Shown piece after piece: positions 61,108-64,000 of a stretch of 64,000 nt of DNA. Source of the stretch: Alphaproteobacteria bacterium (GTDB lineage Bacteria; Pseudomonadota; Alphaproteobacteria; Rs-D84); NCBI GenBank assembly GCA_033345275.1, contig JAWPOF010000007.1, forward strand, positions 21,760-85,759, read 5' to 3'. A program made the position numbers and the translations under genes. Position 1 is the stretch's first letter; each line of letters opens with the position of its first letter. The notes beneath the pieces are model-generated. The model saw nothing but the letters and a program-made list of their open reading frames with translations, searched no databases and had not been told where the DNA came from.

Positions 61108-61839
61108 AACTGTGGTCCAGCTACCGCACGTAATTTGGGATTGCAAATCGCAATTGGGAAATATATTGGATTTATAGATTCTGATGATTATGTCGATTTG
61201 GATTTCTATGAAAAATTGTATAGTGCTGCAATCGAACAAAAAGCCGATATATCCAAAACAACTGCCATAATGATTAATCCAGATGGCATTACAAAAAGTG
61301 TATTTGGCCCTGACTTTACGGACATACAAAAAAGCAAATCAGCCCTGTCGTATTCTTTTACCACGTGCATTTACAATCGCCGTTTCCTAAATAAATATGA
61401 TATTATTTTTCCAACAGATCTGAAACTGGCAGAAGATGCGTATTTTATTTTAAACGCATCATCGCATTCGAATAAAATCGCTTTGATTATGTCAACAAAT
61501 TATTATTATGTACGTCGTACAAATTCATTAGATTCTAGTTCTTTAAATTTAATAAAAATCAAACAGTTAATAAAATATGTATCAAAAATCATACAGTTAA
61601 TAAATAACTCGCCTTTGAGCGAGGAAGAATATAATCAAACTTTTTTATGGAAAATTAATTACCTTTTAACAGATATATTTTTTAGAACAAACAATAAAAA
61701 CTCACAAGCGTTCATTACAAAAAAAGCAAAACAATTGTGGGACCTATACAAATACAAAAAACAATATACCGCAAAATATATCAGCTATACCAACCACAAC
61801 AACCAACAGGGCATACAATTAACAATAACCCATATTTAA
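61108..61839 (+). pseudogene. 5'-truncated family-2 glycosyltransferase (lacks the N-terminal ~90 aa with the DxD/UDP-binding half)
   Basis: Frame opens right after a TAA (61045) with no start codon. Homology begins at NCGPATARNLGLQIAIGKYIGFIDSDDYV (GT2 xGPAxARN...G.Y..F.DSDD motif). An A9 homopolymer lies immediately upstream. Very AT-rich. Confidence 0.6.
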
Positions 61840-62723
61840 CCACTGATAAAATTACCAATAGCTGGTATTACCCATGCTTCTAAATCGCTTTCTTTTATTG
61901 CATGCAAAGATTCTTGGACATTTAACCAATAAACCAAGTTAACCGTTTCCACCATATTTAACTGATGCAATCTATTTTCATCAATATGCACACCCGTTTT
62001 TTGTTCATACTTCTGTGATACGATATTAAAGAATTCTTTACCAGAATCAGAAAAGAACAATCGCATAAAATCTTTAGTTCGTTCTCCTATTCCACAATTT
62101 CCCCAATCGAAAACCCCTGCAAGCCTATCGTTTTTATCCAAGACACAATTATTTCCATTAAAATCGCCATGACAAAACACCTTGTCAACCACATTAAAAT
62201 TTAATGCTTCATCATATTTCTTTGCCAAAATCATTAAATCATTCGCTGTAAAGAATGACTTTAAATAATACTCAAGTTCAGCAAAATCTCTAGGACCAAA
62301 TTCTTCATAATACAAATCGACATTTTCTAATTTTGTTTTACTGTTTACTTTATCCGCATCGAGTCCATGAATTTGAGACAGAAAATCCACACAATCATCC
62401 GCTAACGACATTTGTGCTTTTTCGTCCAAACCGCGAACATAATTCATATTCCATGTTCTGCCATCCAGCTTCTTGTGAATAGCGTATGGAAATTCCGCAT
62501 TTTTATTTACAAAAATACATGGCACAGAAAAAGAAATTAAATCACGAATAACATTACAAACAACCGATTCTTTGATATATTTTCCCGGATGTTCACGTGG
62601 AATTCTGACAATTTTATCATCAACCTGAAACGCGATAGATGTCCAGCCTTCACCAAGATATTTTATACATTCATTTGGGAAAGTTGTCTGCAAAAAATCT
62701 GTTAAAACACCCTTGTCTATCAT
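61836..62723 (-). CDS. Phosphotransferase-family kinase (APH / LicA choline-kinase-like), paralog 3, in a glycan locus
   Basis: HGDFNGNNCVLD (Brenner motif) and FDWGNCGIGER. Overlaps the neighbouring GT2 genes by 4 nt at both ends. Confidence 0.65.
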   Translation of the reverse strand: MIDKGVLTDFLQTTFPNECIKYLGEGWTSIAFQVDDKIVRIPREHPGKYIKESVVCNVIRDLISFSVPCIFVNKNAEFPYAIHKKLDGRTWNMNYVRGLDEKAQMSLADDCVDFLSQIHGLDADKVNSKTKLENVDLYYEEFGPRDFAELEYYLKSFFTANDLMILAKKYDEALNFNVVDKVFCHGDFNGNNCVLDKNDRLAGVFDWGNCGIGERTKDFMRLFFSDSGKEFFNIVSQKYEQKTGVHIDENRLHQLNMVETVNLVYWLNVQESLHAIKESDLEAWVIPAIGNFISG

Positions 62724-63610
62724 TTTCTTAACCTTTTTTTGGAAAATATCTTAATACAGCCAAATATGAAAACCCATATACATGTCTTAGACACCGCAAC
62801 AGACAGCAAAGGCAAACCTATTTTAAACCACCTTTTATCATCACACAAAGTTAATTTTATTTGCTTTTGCTTGTTTAAATCTTTTGTCAAAAAATCCAAC
62901 ATGTTTTGTTGAATTTCTGTTGCAACCCTGCGCTGTTTCTCGCTTCGACTATTAGACGAATTGTTCGAATGCCAACGATATTTTAATAAAACTTCGGGAA
63001 TATTCGCCATCTTTAAAACTTTTATCGCACGCGACCAAAGGTCATAATCTTCTGCGGGGGACACATCCGTATTGTACCAGAAACCAAATTTTTTAAAATC
63101 TTTTCTTCTAAACATAACGGCAGGATGCGCCAACCTACATTTTGACAGCATATCTAAATATCCAATTTCAGAAGGATATTCATAAGTAAATTCAACATCC
63201 CCAAAAAATCTTATCCAACTACCGACTACTGATATATCAGGGTTCGATGTTAAAAAATCTAGTTGTTTTTGTAATCTATTTGGCAACGAGATATCATCTG
63301 CATCCATCCTGGCAATAAATTCAGATTTTGATAATCTTAACCCATAATTTAACGCGTCTCCTATATCACCGTTTTCTTTATAAAAATACTTAATTCTGTT
63401 ATCCCGATACGAATCTACCGTTGCTTTCACATGCTTTTCGGTACTTCCATCATCTATTATTAGAAATTCAAAATCTTGATATGTTTGCCCCAATATCGAA
63501 TCTATAGCCTCTCTCAAATATTTTTCTGGCGTATTATAAACAGGCATAAGTACTGATATTTTAGGCATTATATCTCTTGTGTTTTTTAACTCTTTCTTGG
63601 AATGTATCAT
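62720..63610 (-). CDS. Family-2 glycosyltransferase
   Basis: PKISVLMPVYNTPEKYLREAIDSILGQTY..FEFLIIDDGS (GT-A N-terminal signature), DADD motif. 296 aa. Confidence 0.8.
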   Translation of the reverse strand: MIHSKKELKNTRDIMPKISVLMPVYNTPEKYLREAIDSILGQTYQDFEFLIIDDGSTEKHVKATVDSYRDNRIKYFYKENGDIGDALNYGLRLSKSEFIARMDADDISLPNRLQKQLDFLTSNPDISVVGSWIRFFGDVEFTYEYPSEIGYLDMLSKCRLAHPAVMFRRKDFKKFGFWYNTDVSPAEDYDLWSRAIKVLKMANIPEVLLKYRWHSNNSSNSRSEKQRRVATEIQQNMLDFLTKDLNKQKQIKLTLCDDKRWFKIGLPLLSVAVSKTCIWVFIFGCIKIFSKKRLRK

Positions 63611-64000
63611 CTTTCTTTAAATCTAGCAACAGAATTTTCAAATGTGTACTTTTTTGCATTCGCAAAAAATAAGCTATCATCAAACGAGTGTTGAATAGAA
63701 TTTTACACCGTTCTTTTTTTATAACTCCGCCAGTATTCTGGCATACATGCCGACACAGATAAAAAGCCCGCGATTCCGCGGGATTTTTCATGCATTGACT
63801 TTGGTATAGACCAAGAAAACCACATTTTTACACCCAAAAACACCTGTTTCTATACACTGGCCGTTTTCCGATAGTCAATGGTCAGGTTATTGACTTTTCA
63901 AATTAAACACACTATAATTATAAACATGAAAACACAAATTGCATTTTGTTCTTTCACTTGGTGGCTGTAGTCGCAGCCAGTATTCTTCACACCTATTATA

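Overview
The window appears to be a 64-kb chromosomal segment of an alphaproteobacterium. This is inferred from the alpha-type RNase P RNA, the S4 and YbaB sequences, and a DUF1013 gene. Most content is housekeeping: rplM, an MsbA-like ABC exporter, a class-A PBP, ligA, ackA, recG, rnpB, an ldh/mdh-family gene, gap, miaA, lemA, tsaB-rimI, rpsD, era-queA-tgt, ybaB, pnp, xerC/D, trpS, priA, rpoD, cysS, lgt, and four tRNAs (Lys-UUU, Ser-GCU, Ser-UGA plus one pseudo-fragment). Interspersed accessory and decayed material includes several outer-membrane beta-barrel paralogs, three APH/choline-kinase-like phosphotransferases, a PLD-family nuclease, and an orphan phage Mtd/tail-fibre N-domain protein next to an 828-aa coiled-coil protein. 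Gene decay is visible in a lon lacking its protease domain, a GH108 lysozyme-like gene split by an in-frame TAA, a 5'-truncated GT2 gene, and two tRNA-associated integration or duplication scars. The most system-like novelty is a two-gene cassette at about 15.7-16.9 kb. It pairs a radical-SAM/SPASM enzyme with a 31-codon peptide gene 43 bp downstream. The enzyme has CxxxCxxC and a C-terminal CxxCx5CxxxC motif and an apparent ACG start. The peptide (MKKQMLLAAIHRIEEQSAMKWRGIMVNWMKC) has a strong SD, a strong terminator, and a Trp/Lys-rich C-terminus. I propose this as a candidate RiPP (daropeptide/streptide-like Trp-Lys crosslink) locus. No CRISPR array, reverse transcriptase/DGR or recognised defence system was seen. 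All calls are from reading the sequence and recalled family motifs; no searches were run.
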